From contig FLMG01001651.1 of the NCBI GenBank assembly GCA_900088475.1, positions 14,237 through 78,236 on the forward strand: 64,000 nt of DNA, written 5' to 3'. Position 1 is the first letter of the stretch. Each line of letters opens with the position of its first letter. Below the pieces are notes generated by a model that had not been told where the DNA came from, did no database searches, and was given only the letters and a program-made list of their open reading frames with translations. Made by a program: the position numbers and the translations under genes. Source of the stretch: Hyphochytrium catenoides. Lineage: Eukaryota; Protista; Hyphochytriomycota. Positions 1 through 12,528 of the stretch are shown piece after piece.

Positions 1-2397
1 CTTTGGCCAAGCTAATAGTTCTTGCTTGGCCCGTACAGGTGTAAGGACCAATGTCTTCGAAGAGGAGTTGAAAGAGCACTGAAAAGGCGTTATAGAGCAC
101 AGAATGATCGAGCTCAAGCGTCCTCAGAAAGTCCATCACGTTTTGTATGGTGGTGCTGAGAGGGCCACTGGGGAAGGCTTTAGAGCTCTCATTGCTGCTT
201 GTGGGTCCGGAGTCTTGCTGAGGCTGACGTTGACGTGCCTTTCTTTGCCTGTTCTTTGATCCGTCATAACCAATAGCGAATAACCTTGAAGGAATGCTAG
301 GGTCAGTCTTGGCCCCTCTCACGAGGTTGGTGGAGGAAGGAGGTCGATAGAGCTTTCTGACTACTGGAGCTGTGGAATCGTTACCGTCGCTTGTCTGAGG
401 TGGCGGCTGAAGTTCGATGGCATCTGGGTGCCCGGGGGTGGCTGACAGGAGCGGGTAGAGCTCAAGAATTCTATCCAGGCCGAGGTCTAAGGCAGCAGAG
501 AGGATCTCCGCCTTCTGATCAGCGATAAAATCAGCAAGTGAGCTCTTCAGGACTTGCTTTTGGAGTACTTCTTCTGAAGCATCCTCTTGGACTTTCTGGA
601 ACAGCATTGCATCTCCTTTCTCCAAGCAGCGCATTGCCCAGTCGCTGACCTCTGTGTACTCTGGGCGGTTGGCCAACCTTACGAGCCAATCTGTTAGAAC
701 CTGCCCAAGCTCACTCATTGCATGGACATTAGGGGGCTTCTCCTCCTCCGATAGGTGGTCTCGCATGCTGTCTTGGCTTTGAGGCAGGAGAGATACCATA
801 CACGTCTTGACAGCGGCGTAGCCCGTGGGACTAAGGTTTAGCGCCTGGATGAAGTTGAGCCAACATGGAGACCCGATGCCTTCCTCTTCTTCCTGCCGAT
901 GCTCTGATGATGTCTCTCTATTGTCTGCCTTATTCTGGGGGTTCCATAATAGGTCTTCGTACTGAGAGAAACCCCCTGCAGATGACTGCCCTCCTTCTGG
1001 GGCTGAAGACGATCTTGAGGTGGTTGATGACAGGCTCCAGACAGACCGCGCGGCTGGGAGTCCTTCCCTTCTATAATTCTCAGTGCCAAAAGCGTAGGGA
1101 TCCGGGCTGATTGGACTGGAGAAGAGAGTTGGAGGAGGCGAATCTATTAGGAGCTCCGGCACTGATCTACGAAGTTGAGGGTAAAGAGCTCGTAGCCGTG
1201 GAGGGAGCATCTGCAAAAGTCTTGGTCGATGCTCTTCTGGGAGAAGCTTCTCTATGCTCAAAGCAAGAGAAGGATCATCCCAGCCCCTTGCCGAAGCCAA
1301 GACGCGGCCAACCTCACCAGTCATCTTTGCGAGGAAGGAACAAAGCCCGTCCTCTCTATCCTCACTCTCCGCTGCTAACCTCTCTTGAAATGAGGTGTAG
1401 AACGTTGAGAGAGCCTTAAGGTCCACGAGCTCCTTCACTTTAGCGCTAGGCTTCAACTGTGGGGACAAGTCGAACAGACCCAGTAGGATTGAAAGAGCAC
1501 GTTCGGCATCGACCCCTACACCAGGCAAATCGTGCAGTAAAATCTCACGGACTAGGCCCATGCATGCGATGTTTTTGGCAGTCCCGCTCGTTGTATCGCG
1601 ATTTGCGGCTATGAATGTAAGAAGACCAAGCAGGAAGTGGTGTGGGTGACCATGGAGATCGAGTGAGACTATCTGTCGAGGTCCAATTCCTAAATGCTAG
1701 CCCTAGCCCCGAGTTTGGCTTACCTTCAAATCTGTTGGGCCCCGCAGGAGCTGGTGATGAAGCTCTGTTCTTGAGGCTTTCAAGCCCATCTAGAAGCCAT
1801 TTGAAGCCATCTTCTGCTTTCTCGTACCCACTGAACGCTCCTGGCGGTAGCAGTCCCCGCAAACAATCGGCAGATTGCGCTCGGGGCCAATGCCAGAGCT
1901 TGCCACCAGCACTTTTTGTCGTCCTTACATGCTTGATCGCTCTCTCCCTGCTGTGAATCAAGTTATTATCAGGCCTTCGGTCAGCAAACATTTGTGACCT
2001 TCTCTCAAAGTTATAAAATTATGCAGCGAATTGAAAAGTTACCTTTGTCGCTGAGGCTCTTTCCTTAGCTCTTTCCTGGCCGTTCGCTCATTGTGGTTTA
2101 TCACCTGCATCAGCCGCTCTCTCAGGTTCCAGAGCATTTGGTGCTTGGTGATGCCATGAAGTGAGAGTCTGGCTAGCTGAAGGGTAATCCCCAGAATTGT
2201 AAAGACTAGGAGAACTCCTAGAACGGCTTCAAAGCACCTCGCTGTCGTCTCGAAGAACCTTAAATCCATGAGTTGATTCTCTACCGGTGGCTGATAAGAT
2301 CCAACGTTAGTGTTATAGAGCTGATTGTCTGGTGGCCGCTCTCCTGGCCGCTTCCACCAAGGCACGGATGAAATCAAATGAATACTAGTAGGAGGAG
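1..2397 (-). CDS. Large orphan multi-exon protein; 3' end runs off the window, 5' end uncertain
   Basis: Stop-free minus frame from 1608 to 1 (about 536 codons: AANRDTTSGTAKNIACMGLVREILLHDLPG...QARTISLAK), missing from the ORF track because it has no stop in the window. Phase-compatible GT-AG introns at 1609-1723 and 1951-2042 join it to the 1545-1991 and 2039-2422 ORF frames. No family recognised. Confidence 0.7.
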
Positions 2398-2848
2398 CTA
2401 GAAGCGTTAAAACATGGAACAAGTCGAAGAACAGGACTTAGAAAGAAGAGATCCACCTTTCTGGATGATACCGCTTCAAAGTGATATGAGACGGAAGTAG
2501 TGAAAGAGAGAATAAGGATATGACTCATAGACAGTGAGATAGGTGTCTTCCAGTCCCGCGGAGCTGTATCTTCAACAAACCGCCTTAGAAGACCGCTGCC
2601 TAAAGTGTAAGTGGGTTGAGCCTTTAAGCAAGGTTATTACAAAGAGGACGAGAACTTCCTCCTGAACATGGATCTTACTTCAGCATCCCCGTCGCCACAC
2701 CACCTGTCTCCCGTCCGGTAGTATCTGCTTGTTCCTGCATAGACGCTATAGCGTTTTACCCTCTGAGGTTGACCTACGCCTGCTCTGGCTGTGACCTTTC
2801 ATTTGAATCTCGTGTCTATTAGACCGCTTAGATTCTTCCAGGCCTCGA

Positions 2849-2853
2849 TCTCT

Positions 2854-2889
<36 letters not shown>

Positions 2890-3033
2890 CTTCCGTGTCT
2901 CTCTTATCTCTCCTCTCGGTCTCTCTTTCTCTTTCTCTCACTTAACCGGTCTCTCTGTTTCCTCTCCCTTGGACCCTTCCTCCCATCTATGTCTCTCTCT
3001 TTCTTTCTTTCTCTCTTTCTCTCTTTCCTCTTC
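2849..3033. repeat. (CT)n / pyrimidine-rich low-complexity tract
   Basis: Directly visible; it explains the spurious SL-rich ORF 2791-3114. Confidence 0.9.
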
Positions 3034-4169
3034 ATGAAGCCCTACTCTTTGTTTGATAGCTTTGCCATCCTAATCATACTCCTCCTACCCCCAAAGCCTG
3101 TATTGTATTCTTAAGGTGGTCAGGCCATGCTGTAGACCAATTTCTGTACCGTCCCACTCTGACCTCGAACTTATTCCGGTGGCCCCATCTTAAGGTAAGC
3201 GTCACCGTCTAAGAGGTCCCTCCCTTTCCTCCTCCTCCTGCCTCTCCTGAGACTGCTGCTCCCCATCGGATCCCCCTCCTGGAATGTTCTTTTATTCTCG
3301 GCTGTCGGCCTACAATAAAGATTGGTAAATATAATTGTAAAGGGTAGACTTAGACTACTGTTTTACAGTAGTTCGTAGTACTTACTTGGGGAACGTCCTA
3401 GCTACTACAACGGCTCTGAAAACACAACAACAACAACAGCGATTACTTGTACAAGTACTTGAAGGCGGCGCGTTGCTCCTGGTTGGTAGCTGAGCCACAT
3501 GATTCATGCTGCTCCCTACTGTGGTGTGCCCATCATCTGAGCAGGCTTCGTGGTGACGCGCGCGATGCATATGATGACTGTTGAAAACAAATTTTAGAGA
3601 TCGTCGGTGTGATCATGAGGCATGCTCCACCCTGTTGACTCTGGAGTTGCGATTGGGTCCTCTTCTGCTGGCCTCGCCTTCCTGACATCCCTTGTCTCCG
3701 GCTCTCCGGCTTCACATCACCTGCCCATCATGGCGGCGGGCGGCCCTGAGGAACTGGGCAAGAGCACAAGTGTGGGTCTGAAGGCTCGTTGAGGAGTCTA
3801 GTCAGTATAATAAGGGTCTTTCTACTTCATGCCTGCCTTCTTCTTCTTCATCATCTGATAATGATGGACCTTCTCTCTTTCAGGCTCTCCGTGAATAGAA
3901 GTTTATGAGTTACAATGCCAAAGTTAGGGCGAGAAGCGTAATAATGAAAAAGACTGTGGTGCCTTTTCCTTGGTGCATATGGTTAATTCCCAGGTGAAGT
4001 ACGGCGAATGGATGATGCGGCGGGAGTGAGAGAAGGTTGGAACAAACAGCACAAGCAGGCAAGACCAATACCGCCAGTTGTATCTGTGACGCGTTGGTGA
4101 TCTTAACGTATGGTGGCTGGGATTACTGTGCACCCATACAACAATAAAGATTAAATCGCATTTCGTCCT

Positions 4170-5490
4170 TTAGAAATCAACCGCTAGGCACTCTTCCGCT
4201 GTATAGCTGTGGTAGTCTTCTTCCGTCCCAGCAGCCCGCTTAGTGTAGCTGATCTCGTCCTCCTGGTGAGTGGATCTCATCTCTTGAGTCATCAACAGCC
4301 TTCTTTCTGTAGTACCCTCCCGCGGTGCTCCTCCTGCTATGTCTTCATCTCCAGGAGTGGAGTCTCCAACAAGCTGCTCATCACCACCGTCATCTTCTGA
4401 ACCAAACGTTGTGCGGAGCAAAGAATCCAAGAAATTTCTCTCTCCGGGTGGAAGACCATTAGCTTTCGCCTTTGCTACAAGAGCCTCGTAACTCCTCCTC
4501 ATGACGGGATCGCGCATGCCATTCCCTGCTCGAACTATATCAGCGAGCTGTCGATAAAGCTCGACGACGTCCACGACTGGAGCGCCGTGGCCCTGCAGAA
4601 GAAGGTCGCTTCTGCATAGGTCGGCGGACACCTCTATAAGCTCCGCAAGAAGCATCCGCTGAATCTCCTTATCATAATCCTCATCATCACTGCTTACTTC
4701 TTGATAGCTGTTGCAAGACCTGACATTACTTGGTGGTGAGTCCGGCTCCATATACCTAACGAACACATGGACATTCTCCGGGTCTTCTCGTTCCTCAGGC
4801 GCATAATTCGTCTCTCTATGGTGAGAACTATCGCAGCCATAAGCGCGAGCAGCGGGTTCGAATCCTGTAGCAGCAGTGGTGGTGATAGAAGCTTGCTGGT
4901 TATCGTCAACTCCTTTGTTTCGCCTTTTTGCTCTTCCTTTTTCCTGTGAGGCTGTGAGCACCCAGAAGTTAACTGTTGACCTTAACAAGTGGGTATCATT
5001 GAGAAATAGGGTGCTATGACTTGAGACGTACCTTTCTTCTTCATTAGGTGATAGAGAATCAGGACCCTCACGGCGAAGCTCATCCCATCCAGAAGACACA
5101 CCAAGGCGTCTACCGTAAGGCTCTTTGTAAAGGCTACTACTTGCAAAAGAGGTCCGTCAAAATCTTTCCAGGAAGCATTGGTTTTGTTAGGTCCATTATT
5201 AGGCAGCTGGAGAGTGGCGGCTGATGAGGTGCTGCTCTGACTCCTGCGACGACAATTGACCAATACGGAACGGAACCATCAGATAAAATGCGTAGTGGAG
5301 AGGACTACTCCTCCCAAGCAAGCTTAAAATGAGTTTGATACCTAGCTGCCTGAGTCTCGACCTTTCTTGCAACCTCCAGCTGTACGCAGCAAGCCCATGT
5401 CCAGCCGGCCAGGGCAAAAAAGAGGTTGCCACATACCGCTGTTGTACCTCTGATGATGCTCATTATAATGAACTCTACCAGAGACACCAT
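4170..5490 (-). CDS. Orphan multi-exon acidic protein (ends uncertain)
   Basis: Exon ...LILYHLMKKK splices in phase (intron about 4952-5028, GTACGT...CACAG) to ASQEKGRAKRR..., which stays open to 4170. Further GT-AG introns lie upstream. No homology recognised. Confidence 0.55.
4801..4875 (+). pseudogene. Degenerate tRNA-like relic (resembles tRNA-Gly GCC), antisense within an exon
   Basis: 75 nt, GCAT...GCA. Perfect B-box GGTTCGAATCC in T-arm GCGGG/CCTGT, D-loop-like TGGTGAGAA, and TCGC-A-GCCA-..GCG around the anticodon position. Acceptor stem largely unpaired, so not a functional tRNA. Confidence 0.4.
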
Positions 5491-6684
5491 TTGAAGCTAA
5501 TAAGGAGAGGAGGACTTCAGGAATTGGGCTGGTGGCGCCGTCGAGCGTCTGGCTTTTATTGTTCCTCCCACGTTTGACCTTCCGTAAAAAGAGAAGTGAG
5601 GGCCGAAGAGAAGCAGTCGAAGTCCGCTAGCACCTAGTAGGGTCAAAGCAACAGCAATGGCAGCAGCAGCAACAGTAATCCAGTGCTGTTAGTGTGGATT
5701 GAGAGAGCTGTATTACTACTAAAGGTCCCTGACCATGGACGCAGAATTTTGGGTTGGTATTGATAACACTATAATAAGCCTCGCTGCATCGTGTATCATG
5801 GAACCTTCTTATCATCACCCCTCTTTGCCTTCCTTATTACTGTCGCCATCACTATGGTAGGCGGCAGAAGACCTTGCTGCCGATTCACCTTTCTACCCCA
5901 GGCAGCGAGAGGTAACCGAGTAGGCGGTCCATAAGATGCTCTTGGTTGGTCTTCTTCTCGCTCACCTCAACATCGCCAGCAGCAGCTACCTCTCAGCACT
6001 CGGTAGTTCGAGAGTTGTAAAATAGACTACTGTTTTGCACACTGTGAGGACGTCAGTCAATACTGTGACACAGCCAGCACCGACCCCACACCGGAGAGTT
6101 AAGCCTGTAATGCGTCACATTCTCTAGACTAAGATAACGGCTCACATACTGCGCCCGGATATTACTCAGAGATCTTCCACCTAGCGTTTTTCATGGTAGC
6201 TTCTTCTCTTTGAAGGGTACTATTACTGCGATTATAGAGTTATCAGTTGTGAATGTGAATGATAATGATGGACCTGTGAGATGCTTCTTAGTAGGAGGAC
6301 AAGAAGCAGAAGAAAGATCGCTTGTGAAGGGCAGTGGAGGATAACGGAGCGAGCAACAAGAAGAAGAGGACAGACACATCGACTCTCCAGCGGAGAGAAA
6401 GAGTGAGAAGCCTTCGGCCAGGAATTCTTAAGAAGAGAGACAAAGAAGAGAAAGATTCAGATGGAAGATGGAAGGTGGGCGCCTACGTTCGCTCGCGACT
6501 TTCACAAAGAAGATCCACGCTAACGCTGTTCCTTCTTCAGCTGTGCGACAAGCCACAAACTACCGGTGATCTCACCTACTACCGCCCTAGGTGTAGTACT
6601 ACTCTTCCTACTAACAGTGTTAAGTAGGAGGGCTTGCTCGGCTCTGTTCGTTGGACTGTCTCGGTCACCCTGCCTTCACATGCA

Positions 6685-7080
6685 ATAAGGATTAAAGAAG
6701 AATTCCGACGGTTGTATCGCCAAGTACAAAGCCTGCTTCGTCGCTCAAGGGTTTCGCAGTGAGCAGGGATTGACTGAAGGGAAACATTTTCACCAGTAGC
6801 GAGTTTTCCTCGATACGCACTGTCCTAGCCATTGCTACACACCTGGACACGGAGCTCCATCGCATGGATGTGAATCCTTCTGCCAACTTAATCGGCGAAC
6901 TACACGCGGAGATCTTGATGAAGCGACCCCACGCGTTTTTTAATCAGCCCGGCATTGAGGTCGAGTTTGCAAGTTTAGGAAAAGTCTTTCGGGTTCAAAC
7001 AAGCCGGCCGCAAATGGAACCATGTCATAGACACCTTCCTAATAATGGAGCAAGCTTCATGAGAAGTGCGGCAGAAACTA
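6685..7080 (+). mobile_element. Ty1/copia reverse transcriptase relic (frameshifted)
   Basis: Joined frames give KNSDGCIAKYKACFVAQGF, ETFSPVA, IRTVLAIATHLDTELHRMDV, EILMKRP, VCKFRK.., FGFKQAGRKWNHVIDTFL. These match copia RT motifs YKARLVAxGF, ETFSPV, QMDV and LYGLKQA.R.W. Confidence 0.9.
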
Positions 7081-7408
7081 CGGCCCGGTGACGCCCCAGC
7101 CTAACGAAATTCGATTTAGCCAGCACTTTTCTTTATAATAATGGGTTTAGCTTTAGTTCTATTTGAGGTGGCAATGAGACAGCGGAGTCGTAGAATAAAG
7201 AAACGAGAGTCCTGTCAACGCATCGCTTAACGAAAGAGATCGAAGGTGGCAGCCAGAGGCGGACTATCCATAAGTTTATTGCTTGCTCTGTCTGCCTTGC
7301 ATATTATGATGTAGCATAGATTGAAAGTCTTAGTCCTGGTGTAGGCAGGATGATAATATAAGCAGTGTACTTTGTGGGAAAGAGAAGCCCAGCTCAAGGA
7401 CTTCTAGG

Positions 7409-9575
7409 TTACGGCGTTGCAATGGTGCCTTCGCCAGCTCTAACATCAACGACTTTCATGTTTGAGTGTTCTCCGTCTCGTAAATCCTTCTGTCTAATTC
7501 TTGCAGCGTTTGGAAGCAACGGCTTGATCTGGGCCACCAAATTCCTTCTTGTGGGTCGACTCACGACCCACGACCCGTGAGCCGCTTGCTGATGAGAAGG
7601 GACTACCATCTCTCCCCGCGAGAGTGGATGATGACGCTGATGATCGGTGACAACAACATTGCCCTCACTCTCTGAGATAGCCTTCTTTGCCTTACTTTTG
7701 ATGTTGACTCGGCAGGAGGCAGCTTCAGATAATTTGACATCGCTCCATTGTCCACCTCCCTTCTTTCGCTCTTTCTCTACCACGTCTTCCTTCAGGCGTC
7801 GGATGATTTGCACCGCTTCTTCTTCTTGAGGGAGGTTTTTATCCTCTCCGTATGCGCTACTCGAGAGCTTCTGATGAGTCTGACAAGTTAAAGGAGTCCT
7901 CATGCCTTCCTGGTCAGCCCCGCCAAAGGTCCCATTGTCTGATATACAATCGTCTACTGTTAGTACCATTGAAGGCGCGGTAGTCATCCAATTTGTGGCG
8001 AGCAGCTTCGACTAAGTCAGTCGTCATCACGTAACCAAGCCAACTTGCTTTAGGCAATGGAACTTTAGGTATTCTCACCACGCCATTCACTTACCACGTA
8101 AGAGGAAGAGAATGAGAACGATATGACTGCAGCAGAGCCAGGCCTCGAGAGCGTCCTCTGTGTCAACATTTGTCAGCTGAGAAGATGTTGAAGAGAGAAC
8201 GAAAGGAGAGCTGCCGAAAAATATAAATAGTGTTTGACGGAGCATCCACCTAACCTTCATAGACCACGTAAACAACATTCATATACCAGCTTACCGTTTG
8301 CACGATGTTCGAATTCTTTGGCTCTGAGACGCCTTACTTCCTGAATTAACGCAGCCCTAACACAGGAAATGACCGGCGATCATGGAGGTGGTGGACAATA
8401 AGAGAGATAGGTTTAAGGCATGTCAATGATAGCAAAAAGGAAGAAGCAGGACTCCTTACGTGGCTTGAGCATGCAGAGTCTCAAGCTGGAAGTTGGGAAG
8501 CTGGCGGACAGCCTCTTCATAGCGCTGAGCTCCAATTAGGCGCTTGAAGCGAGGAGACGAATTGACAGGTGAGAGACGGGTTACCATAATACGATAGTGA
8601 AGGACGCAATGCATGATCAAAGTTAGTCAGGTTACCTCCACGTAGGACTTCCGCAATTCGTCCATAGTGACAAGTGAGGCTGTGGGATGATTCATGGAGT
8701 CATACTTAGTACTCGACCCACATCAAGGTCCAAATCTTAAGCGTAGGTGGTCATGTCGGAACCCGTTTACCTTCACGTAAAGCTGCGCGATCGTGAAGGT
8801 CACAGGCCGCGTCTACCGGCGTCGTTGCCGACGTCGACAATGAGGTTGCTTTCCCTTTCCTATTGCTGGTTAACGCGGCGTCGTACCAGCCTTTTAGAAT
8901 AGTGCTAGCAGCGCTGCTGTGGTCGCTGTCACACTTCAATGAAGAAGATAAGCTTATTATGATCCTTTTAATACTTCTTCCTGACTCCAGAAGGAGGCTG
9001 ACGGGATTCTTTGTCATCTCTGGAGCCTGGTCAGCGGGATAGTCAAGAAGCGAATGGATAAAGGTAGATCTTCAGTCAGGGTGTGTGTATAGAGTCATGT
9101 TCTTTAGGACCAAAACATTGACCGTACCGCTTCCTGATTCATCTGGTGGGGGTAGCCCAGCCATGCTGGCATGAGTGTATCACGAATTTTCAAGCTGGTC
9201 ATAACCATTGCCAGTTCCCGAACGCGAAACTCGCCACCGCTAACAAAGTCTTTTCCCAAGCTATTGTCAATAAAGCAAACGACAGGCAGACCGCTGGTTG
9301 ATTCAATTGGAGAAAAGAAGATTACTTTTGAAGCCTCCAAGCGCCAGTGGGCATGTGGCGAGATGTATTTGATGAACCCTGAGGAAACATCGATTGTCCC
9401 GTTATGGGCGGTCTCCAATAATGGTACTAGAAGATAGCACAGTCATCGAGGGCTAGCGCGGCCGTAGGTGAGCAACTGGAGCAGGGCCACCGTACCTTTA
9501 TGATTACGCAGCACGACGCTTAACAGGATGACCGTTGTCCACACTTTGACTGCCTTCCCCAGTCGGTTTAGCCTA
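7409..9575 (-). CDS. Orphan multi-exon gene or recent pseudogene
   Basis: Chain of GT-AG-bounded open exons (e.g. VPLLETAHNG...MNQEA | APEMTKNPV..., RLIGAQRYEEAVRQLPNFQ, AALIQEVRRLRAKEFEH, terminal ORF 7409-7987). No clean 5' exon or start found. Confidence 0.45.
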
Positions 9576-12528
9576 TCTGGCTCCCTTCACCACTCACTAT
9601 AAGGGTTGTGTTGTTATTTACTCACTTCTTTTCTGTTCATAGAGGTCTTAGCCGGCAGACGAATCTGTAGCTGGGCATCACAACCAAAATGATAGGAGAG
9701 GCACATTTTGGGAGACAACATGGTGGTACGTATAGGAGTACGCAGTTCCCAACCCTAGTCATTGCCCGCTGATGCATAGTAGGTACCACCGCAAAAAGAG
9801 GCAATAGCTCAATCACCTACTACAGTCAACAGCCATAGAGAAGATGTTGCAAGGATGAGAAGGAACGGAACTGCTCCGATGTCGTCTTTGTTAATCGTGG
9901 TAGCATTAGTATTGAAAGGGGTGTGGTGCATAAGGAAGTAACTCGCCAGCTACTTCTAGCACAGCCAGTGTTCCGTCGTAGCTCCGTCCGCTGCTTTAAA
10001 GCGGCAGTTACCAGTTAACGACTTTCGTTCCTTTCACAGCACAAAGGCAGGTCTTTGTTCGTTGAGAAAAGACACTCCGAGACAAGCCGCGTGGGTGGTG
10101 GTGGGGTTTATCATGACTGTTACGTCCTCCTGGTAATGACGACTGCAATCTTCTTCTGCTCCTGCCTGCTACTATGTCGGAAGGACTTGACAATAGTGAC
10201 CAACCGCAGAGCTGCTGCTGCTTTTCTATGATTCCCACTGCCTTGATGGCGTCCCGACCAACTTTCCCTTTTCCTCCTTCACCACGTTCTTCTCGTAAAC
10301 CACAAATACTGCTTTTGTTGATCAGCGTCTTCTTCATTTTACATTGTTCACTCAATCAACGTGAGAGATGGATGCTTCAGAGCATAAGCGTTTGTTGACT
10401 ACTAGCAACAGTAGATAACTGCTGCTCTTCTTGGTAGAAAAGTCAGTGGATAGTAGCTACCAGCAGGACCAAGAAGGCGAGGATTCACATTATTAGCAAG
10501 CTCTACTATTAGAAAGCATCATTGCCTTATTTGCAGCAGATTGTTGTTGTCACAATAGTAGAGACGAGAGTGAGTGAGGAAAGTCGCAGGGAAAAACGAG
10601 TGGTCATGTTCCCTCCTTTTAATCTCGGTCGAACGTCTATAGGACGCGCTGCTCATGATGCTATTGCATGAAGATAGTAGACGAGGAGCTCTTACGTTGC
10701 TTCCCCATTGTTGCCCGTCGTTTCCTCTCATCAAGGATAGTAGAAACACCATCATGATGATGAGTGTTAATTTACACTCTAATCTACTATCAGCAGCTCT
10801 GCTCAGAAAGAAGATAGACAACGCAGCAGAAGAGGGCAGCAGTAAGCCAGAAAAAAGAAGAGTCCTTACATCCTATCCTAATCAGTCCTGTATTATGAAG
10901 GTGGCACAATCATCATCATCCATCAGACGACAGCGGAGCAACAGAGTCCGTTGATTGGTCAGCCTGTGCCCCTTCTTTTGCTGCCATCACTGCTCATCAT
11001 CATCATCGCTATCTTTGGGCTCAACAATCAGGTCTCTTCGACGGAGGGTGTCAACTCAGGAGTAGAACTACTAACAAGACCAACAATTATATCTTTTTGC
11101 CCTCGTTGCCTTGCCCAACACTGACGTTGTGTCCACACAAAAAAGTTGACGATCCGAAGAAAGAGCAGCAGCACAAGAACGAACCACAAAGGTTCCTTCT
11201 TCTCAAAAATCGCCCTCCCTCCTCTTCTTCGTGCTGACTCCTTTTTCTCCCCGTCTACACGTACTGATAAGAAACGTTGAGCAGCCTGCGCCGCTGCGTC
11301 GAGAGCTACTCACTGGATCTTTTGTTCAGCGGTCGGTCATTGATGTCCTGATGAGGGCATGCCATCAAGAAGCTTTGGCCAGGTAGTACGAAGTCTTCTT
11401 TGCACAGACACCTACATTTTGAGATAGAAAGGACAAAACAGTTCCTTGAAGATTCAGTGCAGTGTGAACTTGACACACGATATGCTCCGTCTTACTATTA
11501 TCTATGCCTTATATTGCGACCCACCAAACGTGTGTCATTGGGAAACGCTTGGCACTCTTGTCCCCTCAAGATTTGGTCACGATCAGTGACGAACCACCAC
11601 AACAGACGGAGGACCAGCAGCCATCAATAGAAAAAGACAGGCTTTGTAAGCTGCTTCAGATAGTTCCAAGATCTTCTTCTTTCGGCCTCCGCCCATAATG
11701 TAATGACAGCTTGGCCGACAACACTTGGTTGACGCTTCAGTTTGGGAGGAGGACGTCCGATCTAGATTGCAATCTGAGACCACCGAAGAGCCAAAGAAGG
11801 TTTTTCTGGAAAGGCAGCAGGAGGAGGAGGAGGAGGGAAAGTGCAGTATTATTGACGAAGCGAAGAAGCCCCTTCCTACTACTATTAGTTCTAAAATAGA
11901 TGCTTCTTCGACAATGGCTGGTTCTATCTGTCGGACGTGAGAATGGCAGGGGAAGACATCCGCAGCTCACGGGCTGACTATGTTAGCGAGAGCTCTATAT
12001 TGATAAACAATACGGAGTACAATCATTGCTATCTGTTGATAAACAGTCTTCCCTTTATTGTCACCATTTGTTAGCTCTGCCACAACCTTCGTGGATAGTC
12101 GTGACTTTTCTCCTCCTTTCGACAACACTTCCTTTGGCCCTCGACATAAAGAAGAGTGGAGACAAGAGTATGAGTTGCTTCCAGCGGATCCGTCATGGCA
12201 TCAACAAAGGCCATGGCGGGTCCTATTGCCCTAAAGCTATAATCCTTACTCGTACAAACGGAGGGAAGTCCGCTCTTTGACTTCTTGGAGCCTCGCAAAG
12301 TGCCAGAACTATATTGTCTTGCAGCACCAGCTGTCGAGCAGGATAGTTCAAGAACAAAAGTACTAGAAGAAAACAACCTTATTCTTCTTGGTCTTTGGGG
12401 CCACCTTAGGGTCTCCTCTTGGCAGCTTGGCAGCCGTAGCGCCTCTCTCCGACCTAGTACACACTCTTCAAGCTTCCTGGGCTTAGGCAAGTGTTAAGCG
12501 TCGGGTGGTTGATACCTCAGAAACAAGA

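Noticed and set aside
3351-6036. Shared 14-mer TAGACTACTGTTTT at about 3351 and 6023 as an element end
   Set aside because: Same orientation, no target-site duplication or extended similarity.
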